A DNA stretch of 64,000 bases, taken from Phoronis australis (taxonomy: Eukaryota > Animalia > Phoronida). Shown here piece after piece: positions 27,798 through 41,934 of this stretch (the first letter of the stretch is position 1; each line of letters starts with the position of its first letter). A program made the translations under genes and the position numbers. Under the pieces are notes generated by a model. It searched no databases, had not been told where the DNA came from, and saw only the letters and a list, made by a program, of their open reading frames with translations. The DNA lies in assembly GCA_002633005.1 (NCBI GenBank), contig NMRA01000001.1:9328-73327 (forward strand), read 5' to 3'.

Positions 27798-30737
27798 CAG
27801 AGAAATGAACGTAGATCAATCATAAAATTGTAGATTTTCATTTTGTGAACACTCAGGCTAAGTGCCAATAAAAGCTGTGTCAAAAATCTAGACACCAACA
27901 GCAGTGTACACTGGTGGCTCCAGTAAACTTAATCTCTGCAACAGCTTAACAGTTTCAAGAAAAAACTAAAATATGTAAATTTAGCCTTTTAACTTCGCTG
28001 CTGTCGCTCAGGGGTTCCCATACAGTCAAATGGTCTGTGTTCTGACTGATGTGTGTATTCCATGACCAATCCACACTCTAAATACATCTACAATTAACTC
28101 AGATGAGCTTTAAAGACTTCCTTCAGACAGAAGGTCAGAAAATGAAAATAAGGAATACTGCCTAGACCAACACATGCTATCATTAGCCATTAGAACAAAT
28201 TCATGGAAGGCAGTAAGGGCCCAGCAACGCAAGAAAACGTGATTGGACTGTGGTCATCGGCAGGAATTTGTGAAATAACGCTTCACTTGGAGAAGATTCA
28301 TCCATTCACAAATAAACAGAATGCAGAAAGTTTTTAGAAAAGGTGGATTTTCTGCATTTTTCATTTCAGAAGATAGGAAATTTCTCACGATAAATACTTC
28401 AATCATTTTCTGCTGAGTTCATGGCATACTGCATGGACTAATCTCTACTATTTCAGTGTTGAAAACTAAAAAACTACCATGTGTATTGGATTTTGTGGAT
28501 AACCACCAATTTTAAAAACACAACATTTTAAAGATGTCCCTAACCTTGTTAAAATATAACCAACTGAAATAAAACTCAAATTAACTAGGTTGCGCATGAA
28601 CATTTCTTTCTTCAGTGTTAAAATGAAATATTGAAACTTACATGTGAGAACAAATCCCTGAAACAAAACCAAATTTGAAGAGTTTCTGTATAGTTTCAAC
28701 ATCCCTAATAGTCAGGGCTCAAATGACCACTTGAAACTGACTATCAGAACTGGGGCACATGATGCAAGTTTGAGGATGGCGTCCATATTGCTTAGAACAA
28801 ACAGTCACCATCTCTGTGCAAATAAAAAGGCCTGCAATTTGTACCTCTCGGCCCAAAGGGGTGTATGGCCAACAAATCAAAAACTATTCGGGTGTTGCAA
28901 CCTACGCCATCCCCAAAAGTCTCACCCCAAGTTCCCAAGTAAATTGCAAAGATCATCAATACAGTTTATCATTCTCTAATGCGAGGATAGCGCATGGTCT
29001 TCAACAAATCACCGAAATCTCAAAAAAATGAATCTCAGTACAAAAATAAATCAGTTTGTTTTCAGTGTTTTGGTATCACATGACAACCTTCAGACAAACG
29101 TTTCCGCACCATGATGTGTAGCAAGATTTATTCAAGCTAAAGATTACAACAGCAAGGCATGTACATAAATATGACTCACTGCAAATATGCATTAAGAAGC
29201 TCACCCAAACTGAAACAAATCCAAGCACACGTCAAATTCTTGCAAAACCAGCGTGTTCCAGCGTGTCACGCGCATACACACAGGGATTAAAAAGAAATAC
29301 AAAAACTGCACAAAGATCCATCCAGATAACTGTTTGAAGGTCAGAGACTTGAAATGGGTTGATGGTGATTGTAAACAGGCTAAATGTAGATATAAGTGGG
29401 AGATACTGGGATAGGCAGCGCTGTGGTGATGTTACAGTTAAGTTAAGGGCCACTACATCAGTTGGTTGATGGCTTGCTTTATCTATAAATCAATAGACAT
29501 GAAGCATCATGGTATATTGTACAAGCTGCTTGTTTCCTCAAACATACATAGATATTATTTATTACCCTAGATTAACAAAAATGGGTTCTACCTTGACTGA
29601 TCTCTGGCAGATTTATGATGTCACGAGGGGGCCCACTCAAACTTTCAGAAGGCGCCCTCGAACAGTAAAATGACAACAGTTATATGCTTTGTTGTGTCCG
29701 CTGGCAAACTTTAAACCTTGCTTTCTAACGCTACGAGAAACTCAGAGGCCAACTCTATATTATTCGCTTAAAAGAACACTCATAAAATTATATAAATAAT
29801 CAATTACTTGCCAATGAATATACGTTTGTTGACAGAAACCACTTTTGCAAACCTTTTTCTGTGCAACATGGAACACCAGTGCTAAGATCAATAAAACATA
29901 ACCCTAAACACTTCCAAACTCAATCTGTGACCAACTCACTGATGCATAATTTTAAAAATCCAAATGCCACCTACGAAAACGTACAATTACAACAAAGAAA
30001 ATCATTTTGCCAGAGCCTGATGAGTGCACTCAGCTGTTGTATATGCATTTGTATGAAAAACAACAGATTGTCTCAAATAGTTAATGAGTTAATGACCACA
30101 CAGTAGTTCAAATTTGTTGAACTACTCATCTGAAAACCAAATTGGAAATATTAAAATAACGGTAGCAGATCCAAATTACGTTCATTGAACATATAAATAT
30201 GTGGGTGCATGATATCAAGACCAACATGGAGCATTGAAATGCGCCTACAATTAGGGCTTGAAAAATGACTAATGACAAAAAAGAGGAAATTTTCCAGGTG
30301 ACGCATCATTCCACAAATAAATAGGCTTGTGTCAGATAGGAATATTTTTGTGTTGTACAATTTATCTGAAGTTAAGTTTTTGCATGAATAAAGTTATAAA
30401 ATAATGATAAAAGTGGAAACTGGAAAACACGTGAGACAAAATCAAAACCAACAAGAGCAACGCAGAGCGTTGAAATGCACCCACAATTGCACCATATACG
30501 GTATCCTTCTAGGGTTGTTTATTGGTACCATAAAGTGGCCAGTAGAGGGCATATATGTAGTATGTTGTACTTTGCAAAATGGAAAGGGATGGTCATTGTC
30601 TCCTCAATAGGCTAGGGGCAAAATGTTACTGATCTTCATAATACAAGCACATCCTATACATCAGTTGCTTAAAGCACCACAGAAACATAGAATTAAAAAC
30701 AAACTTACCAACGTACGAGATTAGTACAGCATTAGAA

Positions 30738-32107
30738 TGCTAGAAACAAATTTCTACTTGGAACTTTTCCTTCATAGTCACGAAGAAACACAAAGTATAC
30801 ACCTGAAGACCTATGAAAATACAGAGGTCAATGTAAAATACTAAAATTGCCACTAGAGGCATACCGGTAGTCAGAATCATCCTAAAGTCATCATCGTCCG
30901 TTGTCAACATCACACTAAACACTAAAAATGGCCACTAGGTGGAGCAAACTATGTCGAATCCATCCGAAAACGGGAGGATAGCGTCATCTCACTAATAGGT
31001 GCCTACAAACCAAATTTCATGAAAATCCGTTAAGGACTTTAAAAAAAAGGTAAGCGTAAAAAACTAAAATTGCCACTAGGGGGCACACCGGTAATCGGAT
31101 CTGTTCGAAAGTTCGCACATGCTGTCCCATTCATGAATGGAACATATGTGCCAAATTTCATGAACGTATGTCAAAGGGTTTTGGAGATAGAGCAGCGGAC
31201 GCCGGACGCAGGCCTTCATGCAGCGTACGTCCTGGGCGTCCAAATAGACGCCCCAGCACTAATATGGACGCCCTGGCAAGGACGCCCAATGTATCATTTG
31301 GACACCCACTGTCAATAGGAACCTTTCAAGTTTGTACACACACATTGTAATGATTACTAGGAAGCCTCTGAAGGCTCACAGTGGGGGCTCTTTTTCAAAG
31401 CAGGAAGAAATATACAATGTATATACAAAGTATATACAATGTTGCTATGCTCATACTTGGTTGATAGCATTGTAAAAGTCTTGGTCTACACCAATTTTTT
31501 ATTAAAAATGCTCACTACAGAAGGCTGTTTNACTTACACAATTTCGTAAAGATCCTGAGAACGGTTTAGGAGATACAGCCATAGGCGTAAAAAAAACAAA
31601 ACTGCCACTAGGAGGCGCCACAGTAGTCGAAATCGTCGGAAAATCATCATCAACTGTCCTCTACATAGTAAGCATATACATGCCAATTTTCACAATCATC
31701 CTTTGAGCGGTTAGGTTGATAGAGGGGTGGACGCACAAAAACAGACTCGAAAACACTAAAAATGGCCACTAGGTGACGCAAACTATGTCGAATCCATCCG
31801 AAAACGGGAGGATAGCGTCATCTCACAAATAGGTGCCTACAAACCAAATTTCATGAAAATCCGTTAAGGGCTTTAAAAAAAGGTAAGCGTAAAAAACTAA
31901 AATTGCCACTAGCGGGCACACCGGTAGTCGGATCCGTCCGAAAGTTCGCACATGCCGTCCCATTCATGAATGGAACATATGTGCCAAATTTCATGAACGT
32001 ATATCAAAGGGTTTTGGAGATAGAGCAGCGGACGCCGGACGCCGCCAGGACGGACAGAGATGACGGCATAATGCGTCCACATATAAATATGTGGGCGCAT
32101 AAAAAAG
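30738..32107 (+). mobile_element. HINE/Helentron-associated (DINE-1-like) non-autonomous element with internal tandem units
   Basis: Recurring aaaa(t/c)tgccactag units with ccaaatttcatgaa motifs, a ggacggacag microsatellite-like tract near 32030-32060, and a terminal hairpin atgcgtccacatat-aa-atatgtgggcgcat (32071-32100) followed by an A run. The left boundary is approximate. Confidence 0.65.
31209..31495. mobile_element. Partial inverted copy of the 25211-25628 hAT MITE nested in the HINE-like element
   Basis: Starts caggccttcatgcag, matches the reverse complement of ~25345-25628, and breaks off just before the N at 31531. Confidence 0.88.
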
Positions 32108-35100
32108 GGAAAATCCTAACAAAAGAGGAAAATTCCGAGCCATGTGTTATTACCTGTGTGAAAATCACATACCTGGTTGCTTAAGCAGTCATAATAACAT
32201 GAATGTATATTTCAGAAATATTAATTGTGAACTGCTCACAGAAGGGATAGTTTTCAGTTGCAACATTCTTCTTTAGTCACCATTTGATTGGACTTAAAAC
32301 CAATCAAAATTGCTAAATTGCATCGCGCAGTAATTACTCCATTGTTTGAAAACTAGAGGTCTGTTTATTCAAGCAATTATATTCAAATTACAATTCAAAT
32401 TTGACTGGAAATCAAAAAAACAACGTCAAAATGGAGAGATTTATTAATAAAACTTCAACAATTTCTCACTGACTGGTGGCCAGAATCATCCACATAATAT
32501 TTACTAAAGAGCAACTTCACACTTAATTTACTTTTCTATCACCTTTTTTATCATCTTCACCACTATTTTCATCCTTAATCAACTATTTTTATCCTTAATC
32601 AACAGTAATTACTCGAATTCATGCCGGCCTCGATACCTCGACTGCTGGTTAACTTCAACCAGTGAGGATAAATTCAAGCTGTTTTGGAACCAAAAAACGA
32701 CTGACCAATCTAACACTATTGTCAACAAGTTAATGTTAAAATCCCAGTAACTACTGACTAGATAATCAACATTTCAGTGCTTATCGCCACTCCACTGACC
32801 ACTGACCAGACCACTGACCACTGACCACTGCTCTAGGCAAGATCACATTTGATCTCGTGTTCCATCAATGACATCACATGATGAGAAGCTATAAGTTGGC
32901 AATTTTTACTTCAAAACTACTAGTTCAATTCATTCAACAAGTGTTGATTAAGTTCGATTTTATTTGTATACTAAATTCATTATCTACACAAATCTTCATC
33001 TCACAGACTAAAACATAGAACAATGGTAGCTCTTTAAACAGAAAATCGTTTTGCATCACAAGCACATCACAAGACACTGACTAAAAAGCTTTTAACTGTC
33101 ACAGCTGCTCCATACAATATCAAGGCTAATAGCCTCCACTTGGGGGAGAGCCTCTAAAATTTGAGACACTGAAATTCATGCCCAAATTCAATTTTCTTGA
33201 TTCTGAACTTTAGAACATGTTGCAGTTATTCAAATTTCTCAATTATCAGGCATTTTATTTAGTATCAACAAAGCTGAGATAAAATTGCCGAAAAAAAGCT
33301 GCCAACACAAAATTCATCATTCTTTTGCACCGTGAAAGAGGGACAACCAATATTGTTGATTTCACTGTCACAAACTAGAGAATTTTTAATACCGGAAGGA
33401 TAAGCACAGGATGTCAAGATCAGACCTTAGCTGTGCCAAATATAAACCCCTAGTGTTTAGAGTAAAAAACAAAATTAGGTTCTTCACAAGCACATCTCTA
33501 CTTCTGGCCTTCTTAATTACTCACACTTTCATTGATTAATAAAATAAGTGGCAATAAAACTGCAGGGAGCCCCCTGATAGCCATACTACTTTGGTGGCTG
33601 AGACTAACCTGTAGCCATACAGTAGATAAACCATAGGCCTGGTTAAGCAATAACTTATACTAGAGAGTTCTTGTTTCTAGACAAAGGTAAAACAGGCCAA
33701 TATAAAGATAAGTGACCTAAAACAAACTCTTCTTCTACATAAGGTGATTGTTTTGAAACAAGAACAACGCCAAGCCTTGAAATGCACCCATGATTCGACC
33801 TCAAATGGTATGTCTTTTGGCACCTTCATCAGTATCATAAAAACGGCTACCACAAGTTGGCAGCACAGAACCGACTAAAACATGAGGGCATCCTCATTTC
33901 TTCAATAGAAACATGTTTGGCTTAAATTCAAGAACTACATCCGGGAACTCTCAAGATACAAAGGCAAACAACCGAAAGTTGTCATCAGTTAGCGTGCATA
34001 CATCTAAAAAACTTTCCATATTTAATAATGATGTTGAGAAAGGTTCAGGAGCATACGTGTGAACGCAAAAATACAAAATTGATGCTAGAGGGTGCTGCAG
34101 TAGTTCAGCTAGTCCGAAAATTAATGTCAGCAGTGGTCATCTCAACACAAACTCATCTACCAATTTCCATGTTGATCCTTTAAGTGGTTTGACAGACAAA
34201 TCCTGGCAGATTCAAAAAGAAATAATAAAAATGGCAAGACTTCCTAGTCTCCTTAATACAAACCTATTTTGGCAAATTTCACAACACACAGTCAAACGTA
34301 AAATAAGATGCAGAAGCAAACTAACGTATAATAATTAAAGTGCCCCGTTTGTCTGGCAGCAGTTCTCAGATACATCCAAAACTAATCGGCATCTATGTTC
34401 GTCTCTATAGAAACACATAGATCTATCAACATTCAGGAAGATCTTCCTAGTGTAAAAGAATGTAAAATATCGAAGACTGACCGATATTTTGGGGGGAAAC
34501 AGCAGCAGACGCCAAACAGAAGATGCTGGCAACACGCCACAACTGACAACTTAGACAAAAAGCATCAGTAACCTCTGGTCTTGGTTTTTCAGGAAAACCA
34601 CTTCAGTGGTGCGGTTAATTTTGAAGTTAACCACTTTCTAAAAAAAGAAAATCTGCCAGAGACAAGCAATGACGCAGGGCCTATTTTTACTAATCATTTA
34701 GGCAAATGCTGGTACGTCAAACCTTGTTTATGTACCTGAGTGCATATTTCAAAAACAAAAAACTTGGTTGAAAGTGAAGTGAATGTACATTTTTAGTCAG
34801 CAATCAAACTCTCAAAATTACACCAGAACCCATAATCCTTTGGCTTGCAAAATAAGAAAGAGAACGTTATAATAAACTTAATCGCTATATTGCGTTTAAA
34901 ATCAATAATATTTTACCTCGGAATTCATGAAGCAAAATATTGAATTATAAAGTGAGTGTGAAACATGAATCATCAGCAGACAAGCTAAGTAAGATTATCA
35001 CAGATAGTGATTCCACTCAAGCCATTTAGTTATGATGGCATCAGATTCGTGATATTGTTTGCGAGCCAAATATTTAAGAGAGCATGATAGAGGACTGAGG

Positions 35101-37224
35101 TTTAAAGCTTAGCGCACAAATTTAGTTGGTCCACCAACACTGCTCTCTATATAATCCTCCATGGCTGTTTTGCCAACTGATATATAGTTCAATCATTGGG
35201 AGGTAGGGATGACTTGTGGGTGAAATATACTGAAGACCAGAAAGTCCAACAAGTTCAGACTAAGTGTCCAACTCTGCCTTTTTGACCATTCTTTTGATCT
35301 TTTATTTTTGCATTTAAGTTAAATTCAGTTACCATAGTTGTTTACTTGGCCGCATGTTACAAATTATCTGTTCACTGCCATGCTTTCTAAAAGTCAACAT
35401 GCAAACTTTTGTGGTTTTTGGTCATGTGACTCGCTGTAATTTGCACGTGCATGGGCGGCGCACATGGTCTACAGGCGTTGCTCCACAGGGGGGCTGAGGA
35501 GGCTTTAGCCCCACCCCCCCCCACTTTTTTCAGTGCTGCACTGCCCATGATGTATATCCACGACCATTGGTCACGTGACTCACTGTAATTTGCATGTATA
35601 CCCAGGAGCAAAACTGACAGAAAGATAATTGCACTTTCGGTAATACAATCTATTATTCACAGGTGACTGCTTTCATCTAACACGTCATTTTATCAATTGA
35701 TCAAAAAGGAAATCTTTTGAGCCGTTCCATAACAAGATGTCAAAGACACAGGGGCGACGTATTTTGCACAACAAATTCTAACTTTAATTCATGGGCCAAT
35801 GTTGATGTTTCACTAAGAATAAATTGTGTTTGTCTTAAAAATAAAGAGCCAGATTCGCCAACAGAAACACGGAAATAGTAAAAACACTGTTTCAATAATT
35901 CAAGAAAGGTTGGTTTGTAACACAAACCATCAGAACACTGAAAGGAATACTTTGAGTCCTCCTAACTCTCTCTTCACTTTGAAGAAAACCAGGTTAAGTT
36001 GAGATCAGAGAACCAAATCAAAGAAACTGGTCTGGCAATGACATCCAGTAGTAGTTCACTGAAATTTGATATATCCATCTGATGATAAACTGGGATGAGC
36101 TAGCAAGAAGCACAAATGTATTGAATATTGCAACTTGGACTTAAATCTAGAAAATAATAAAAAGTGGTTGAAATTTAAATGAAAACCTATTTTTTGTGTT
36201 ATAAATATATCAAAGCAAAACATTATCTTTGATCCAGGTACAAAAATCCCCTAAGTGCCTACATATGCCCTTGAATACTTGGGAGGAACCACAATACACT
36301 ACACCTTTAGATTAAGAACTTGACAATAAATTTCAGTCTTGTCTCATCTCATTTAGTCCATTCTATTAACTTTTATAAATCAAACAAGGTTTTTGTCTAT
36401 TTTGGTTGACCACATTCACGAAGTGGCCATCAGCTATTAATTATATAGTCTTATCTTGCGAGACCAATTAAAATTAGTTGAAATAGTGAGACATAATGTT
36501 GGGCGATATTCTATGCTAGCTATGTAACAAAACCCAACTTGCAGAGATTTTAATTTACACTTCTTGACAATCACAGACTATAGAAAGCACTCAGGTGTAA
36601 ATTGCTGTAAATATTAACAGATTTCAAAATGCAGCTGGTATATGCCAAACTTGTAAAATAAATAGTACTGTCTCAGACGGCGCAAGGGGAGAAAAAAGTT
36701 CATGGAAATCTCACAAACAAAATGCTGGCGTTTTTTAAGTGCCTGAGAAATGTCAGAGAAATATGTGAAATGGTGTGTGAAAAGGGAAGATAAAGGCCTG
36801 AAGGCTGAACAGACAGCCAGGCGGCGTGTCAGATTGTAAACATTGTCACAACATGTGCAGTTGCAGGACGCACAACGAAGTTTCAACCAAAAGGATGGGC
36901 CCCTAAATCCCACAACTTCCAGGGACTGACGAATACGCATTATATCGGAGTCAGTCAACGGTCATTCGACTTTCGTCGGCCTTCACGCAAATCGCAAGGC
37001 CTAGAACTAGGTATGTAGGCTAGGGCCTGGCTAGGCCTACCATGTACCATACAACTATTAACATTGTTGAAAGCTATAGATGCAGACAAGTTTTATTATA
37101 AAATGTGCAATCGTAGGCTAATCTTCTGCCACTAGTTATTAAAGCCTAATCCTCGCAAAGCATTTAAACAATTGGAAAAGAAGGGATACATAGCAAAAGG
37201 CTTAGCCACGTTACGTTACGTTAC

Positions 37225-37243
37225 CTTCGTTCGATTCATCCAT
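37225..37243 (-). CDS. First coding micro-exon (MDESNE) of the probable MCTP-family gene
   Basis: aacATG GAT GAA TCG AAC GAA G|GTAACG. The phase-1 donor joins the phase-1 acceptor at 15255 in frame to give MDESNEDDLAFDDRMSK. Confidence 0.6.
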
Positions 37244-37561
37244 GTTGATCACTGAATGAAGAAATTAGGTCAAATTGCGAAAATAGGTCAATTTACAGGT
37301 GACTGCAGGNGGAACTGAACAAGGGACTGCTCGAAGAAAAAGCTTCATTATGGAAATATTTGTTTAAGTTGGAAGGAATAAATACATCGGCGACCCCCTA
37401 AGCTGTCGACCCTCTAGCTATGCGCAAACCGCATTTATAACAAGCTTTGACTTTGACGTATTATAGTCAGTGCGAGACATAATTCAACAAAAAGCGTCTG
37501 GCGTATTATACTATTATGCGCCTATAGGCTGAGCTCCACAGTCTCTATTGGCGGTGTCAGT

Positions 37562-37765
37562 CAAGGCTTGGAATTTTCCCCGGAAACATGGATTTCCGCT
37601 TTTTTCAAATGTTCTGTCCGCGCATTTTATTATATTTCTGTGTAAAAAAAAAATCGGATTTGATATAAAATTTCCGCGGCAAATTCCTTTCTTACCGCAG
37701 CGTTGCTGACGACGTTCACCTCGAAAAGCGGAAGTTGCTCTTTATGCTTCAGAGGAACGTAAATT
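37562..37765. mobile_element. Truncated copy of the 39151-39637 MITE
   Basis: Near-identical to 39151-~39351, starting at the TIR caaggcttggaatt. Confidence 0.9.
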
Positions 37766-38032
37766 ATTTGTGTTGCCCTTCTTTGCAGTCCTTATTTTGT
37801 GTGATGTTTAGCATATAATACAGTTCTGCAAATAGGAAACTGGGTCATGTAGACGGAAGTGCGAAAGTCCTGGCTAAAGCTCAGATACTGTTGAACGAGG
37901 ATTGGTCCAAGATTCTAGACTTAGTTGCCTGGCCATAGTATAAGTGTTAAATACTTCCTCGAGCCCCTTATGAGCCCCTTGTGAATGATGGGCCCACCAA
38001 GTCCTGCTTGAGTTGATGTGATTTTATTCTAG

Positions 38033-38329
38033 GAAGCCTGTGGCCTCTTCCATCTTCTTACAAGACAATGACCGAGAGAAGTCAATTGGATGAGCTGAAT
38101 TTTCAGTTCACCACCAATGTGCCTGACTGCGATGTGTTACAAGATGCATTCAAGCGCTATTACAAGTACATTTTCTACGGCCCCACAATTACAAAGTCCA
38201 ACTATGCTGATCCAACAATTCAACAGAAGTTAGTTGGCAACGCCAACGGTTACTTGACATCAGTTTCTGTAAAAGTGACCGGGGGTTGTAAGAATGGTGA
38301 TTTGCCGTCATTGGAGTCTGATGAAAGTT
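38033..38329 (+). CDS. HEXB: Beta-hexosaminidase exon (N-terminal domain)
   Basis: ttctag|GA SLWPLP...DVLQDAFKRY...PSLESDES T|GTGAGT. Confidence 0.9.
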
Positions 38330-38795
38330 GTGAGTATAGGACTGGTTTCAAGTTTGCCTTTGAAACAGAAAATTTGATGCCATTTATCTTTTCCTTAAAT
38401 TTTAAAAGCGAACATATGTTGTTGGCAAAGTCTGCCATACCTTTTGCCTACCCTAAGATTTATATGTTTCCAATTCTTGTGGTGATGGAAACTGGAAAAT
38501 TTCAAGTACTGCTGACCAGCAGAATTTGCATGTTATTGCCAAATGATTATGACAGTTTGGGTGAGTTTAAGAGTTCTGAAAACCGGTAAAATTTCACTAA
38601 CATGGCAGATGGATGATATTTTGTTTTCTCGTTTTGTTATTACACGATACGTAGCACCATATCAATGCTTTATCAATGTTTTATTTGATATATATTATCT
38701 TTTAGACAAAGTTGGTAAGATTTTATTGTACATTCCCAGTCACCGTAATGACTTTGGCAGAAAATTGACAATGCCTTTTTTCCTTTCTGTTGAAG

Positions 38796-38905
38796 ACTCT
38801 CTCGTTGTTAGCCCCAGTGGTGCCATGTTGACAGCCCCTGCTGCTTGGGGTGCCCTCCGAGGCATAGAAACATTCAGTCAACTTGTCTATCGCCAAGGTG
38901 GCTCA
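38796..38905 (+). CDS. HEXB: Beta-hexosaminidase exon
   Basis: (Y)SLVVSPSGAMLTAPAAWGALRGIETFSQLVYRQGGS|GTAAGT. Confidence 0.95.
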
Positions 38906-39150
38906 GTAAGTGACACGAAGCGTTGTATATTTTTGCCTCATTAGTGTCTGCTTCATGTAGATATTAATGTTTAAGTCTGCCTTCAACCTCTGCATGATTG
39001 TATTTTGGTTGCAGTAATATGTAATATGTTTTGAGCCTCATTCTGAATGCCCCAATATCGTATATTGTCGAATGTAAAGAGCGATTTATGCTTATTCCTA
39101 TACATCACAGCGATAATTCTTATGATGGTGTTCTATTAGGTCCCCTAAAT

Positions 39151-39637
39151 CAAGGCTTGGAATTTTCCGCGGAAACGCGGATTTCCGCTTTTTTCAAATG
39201 TTCTGTCCGCGTATTTTATTATATTTCCGCGTAAAAAAATCGGATTTGATATAAAATTTCTGCGGCAAATTCCTTTCTTACCGCTGCGTTGCTGACGACT
39301 TTCACCTCGAAAAACGGAAGTTGCTCTTTATGTTTCGGAGGAACGTAAATTGTCAACATTGCCGGGGCATCTGGGATAGCGTGGTGGATTTTTCAATGGC
39401 GTCTTGTGTGATCATTGTAAAACCGCGGTGACAAATACTACGACTCTGCAGCCAAAAATGTGTGGAGGTGGGAGTGGACGGACGAGCCAAAAAGACGCAG
39501 ACACACGCTTCTGGAGGTGGTCCTCCCGATTTTTGTCGGCAAAAGGTCAACATCCCCTATTTCGAGGGCCGGGAAGCGCGCATGTTTTGCACCGTAAAAG
39601 TTTCCGCATTTTTCGTCAATGGTCATTCCAAGCCCTG
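39151..39637. mobile_element. hAT-like MITE with 6-bp TSD in a hexosaminidase intron
   Basis: TIRs caaggcttggaat / attccaagccctg, with TSD ctaaat at 39145-39150 and 39638-39643. Confidence 0.88.
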
Positions 39638-40895
39638 CTAAATTCAGCACAACTTCTTAATGTCTTTTGTCCTGTATTTTGTGTTCTCATGGTGATGCAA
39701 TAGACTCCACAAGACTACTTCACACATCAGGTGGCAAGCCTTTGTGTGAGTGATTACGTCACATTTTTTAATGTTCCTCAAGTATAACAGAACACTAGAG
39801 CACCTGCCACTGTAAAATAGGTCTCAAAATTCTCGTTACAAGGACGAGAACTGGTGTTTGGGTTTGCAAAGAATTGGGAGTTCGTAATTGCTTGAGACCA
39901 CATCTACAAATAAAATGCCACTCTGTGACAAGTCATGTGGTCTCTAGCAATAACGAGCTGTCTGTTCCATCCAAGCTCAGAACTCATGTTATTTTGACTC
40001 AGGATTTTGGATTAAGTGGATGGTGATTAGTATATGAAATCATCAAGTTCAACGACCCTGTCTGCGACGGGTTACAACAGGTCGTCTTCTGCATACCTAA
40101 GAATCTTGATCCTTTCCGTAATTGCATTGATTTCAACAGTTTGAATAGAGACAACCTGTGCGTTTATTGACAAGGTCATATTTTAGATCAGCAGGCCATA
40201 GAAATCTTGATTTTCCACGATTTCATTCATGGAAAAATATGTTTCTGCAAAGTTATTCCATTCTTATTCATTTTGGAAACTAACAAATCCGTTTAACAAT
40301 TGCAAAGTGGTAAATGAAGTAAAAATGACAGGAAATTGTCTTTTTCCTTTTCTTTTTTCCACAGAAATTATGCCACAGCTGCATTCAGTGCCGATAACTG
40401 GTTGCACTTCATGTTTATTGTTTCTCAAAATCGAAACAAGAACAGCTGCACCACATTGAGAAAGAATCAACAACTACTTGAGCGCACCCGCTGAAAAATT
40501 AATACACTTTTACGTAATACACTTCTTCTTACGGATGTCAGGGACTAAATACAGCACTCGGCATATTTTGTCATGGGTTTAAATATCTTGAGTCCATCAA
40601 GAGAGCGAAAAAATGATTACAATTGTCTTGATCCAGTAGGCAACTCTGAGCTAAATTTTTGTAATTGCATTTCATCTACTGAACAGGCTTGTGGTTTTCT
40701 CTGGTCTATTGACAGCTTTCTGGACCAGCTATATTGGTTACTTGGGAGGATTATCGGGACAAAAGTACATTATGTAATTCTAATGAGTCTTAAAATCTCT
40801 GAATAGTCTAATTTGTTACGTCTGCTATGTATAAAAAGTGGGAGTGCTGTCATTGTATGTCTTATGTATTAAATTGTGAGTGTTTCATTTTGTAG

Positions 40896-41006
40896 TATTA
40901 TGTTAACTCAACTACTGTCTCAGACGTTCCTCGCTTCAAACACCGAGGACTCCTGTTGGACACTTCTCGACACTTCATCTCAGTTGAGATTCTCAAGCAA
41001 AACTTG
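40896..41006 (+). CDS. HEXB: Beta-hexosaminidase exon (start of catalytic barrel)
   Basis: [37 protein letters not shown], bounded by tgtag| and |GTAGGA. Confidence 0.97.
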
Positions 41007-41934
41007 GTAGGAAACTCTCTTTAAATTAGAGGACCAAATAATACTTGCAGGCAGTAGTTAAGCTGAAACAGAACTGTTTCTTTGTTACTGTCTGACTACA
41101 CTCACTCTGAATGGGGACCAGTGTTTAAAGGTGGCTGGGGTGGTACCTTTTGAAGGTATTTTGAACCTTTTTTGTTGGTTTAAGATAGCAAAATTAATAA
41201 ATCTTCAAGCAGGAAGTATGATGATGTGAACGAGTCGTACAGGGCAAATACTTTGTCTCAGCAGATAAAGTACAGTTTTAGTAATAAATTCCTTGCCTGT
41301 GTCTTGCATCATTGCTCAGACTAGTCAAATGAGAAATTGTAACCTGCCGGCCATTGACCGCGGCAGGGATTGTTTTAGAAAAACATGGGTATCGTTCAAT
41401 GGAGCCTAAGGTCGTGTTTGGAAGAGCTGTGGCGTTTTAATTTGACCAAACACAAGTCCATTGTAAGTTTGTTTCTGTATTTTTACAGACCCACCGTGTC
41501 ATTAGCTCTGCTTGTTTGATCAATAACATTTGTTATGATCAGCTGTTCTACGCTCTATTATGCCTGACAAAATAAAGGCAGGATTGCAATACAATCTTTA
41601 GTGTTCCCTGTGGTTAACTGGAATCAACCACAGTGCATCAGTGAAAATATTGAGTCACTAATGACCTAAGGCGGAAAGGAAAAGCATTAAAAACAAAATA
41701 GATATCAATATTAGACTTTCACAATGCATAAGTTCTGCTTTTTAGTAATTTTAATTTTTGTGGGCACACAATTATATTTACGTGGGCACATTACTCTGCA
41801 GCCATCTCCATCTCCCCGCCATCCACTGCTGTATTGCTCTATGTCCCAATGTCACCATGGGTATTTGGTGGCACAGTTGTGTTTAGCAATAGACTTTCTA
41901 CTAGGAAATGTACTGAATGTTTGACTCATTCTAG

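Noticed and set aside
36809-37010. Plus-strand open frame ending in a phase-1 donor (CTA G|GTATGT) as hexosaminidase exon 1
   Set aside because: The phase fits, but there is no in-frame ATG after the upstream TGA and no signal-peptide character.
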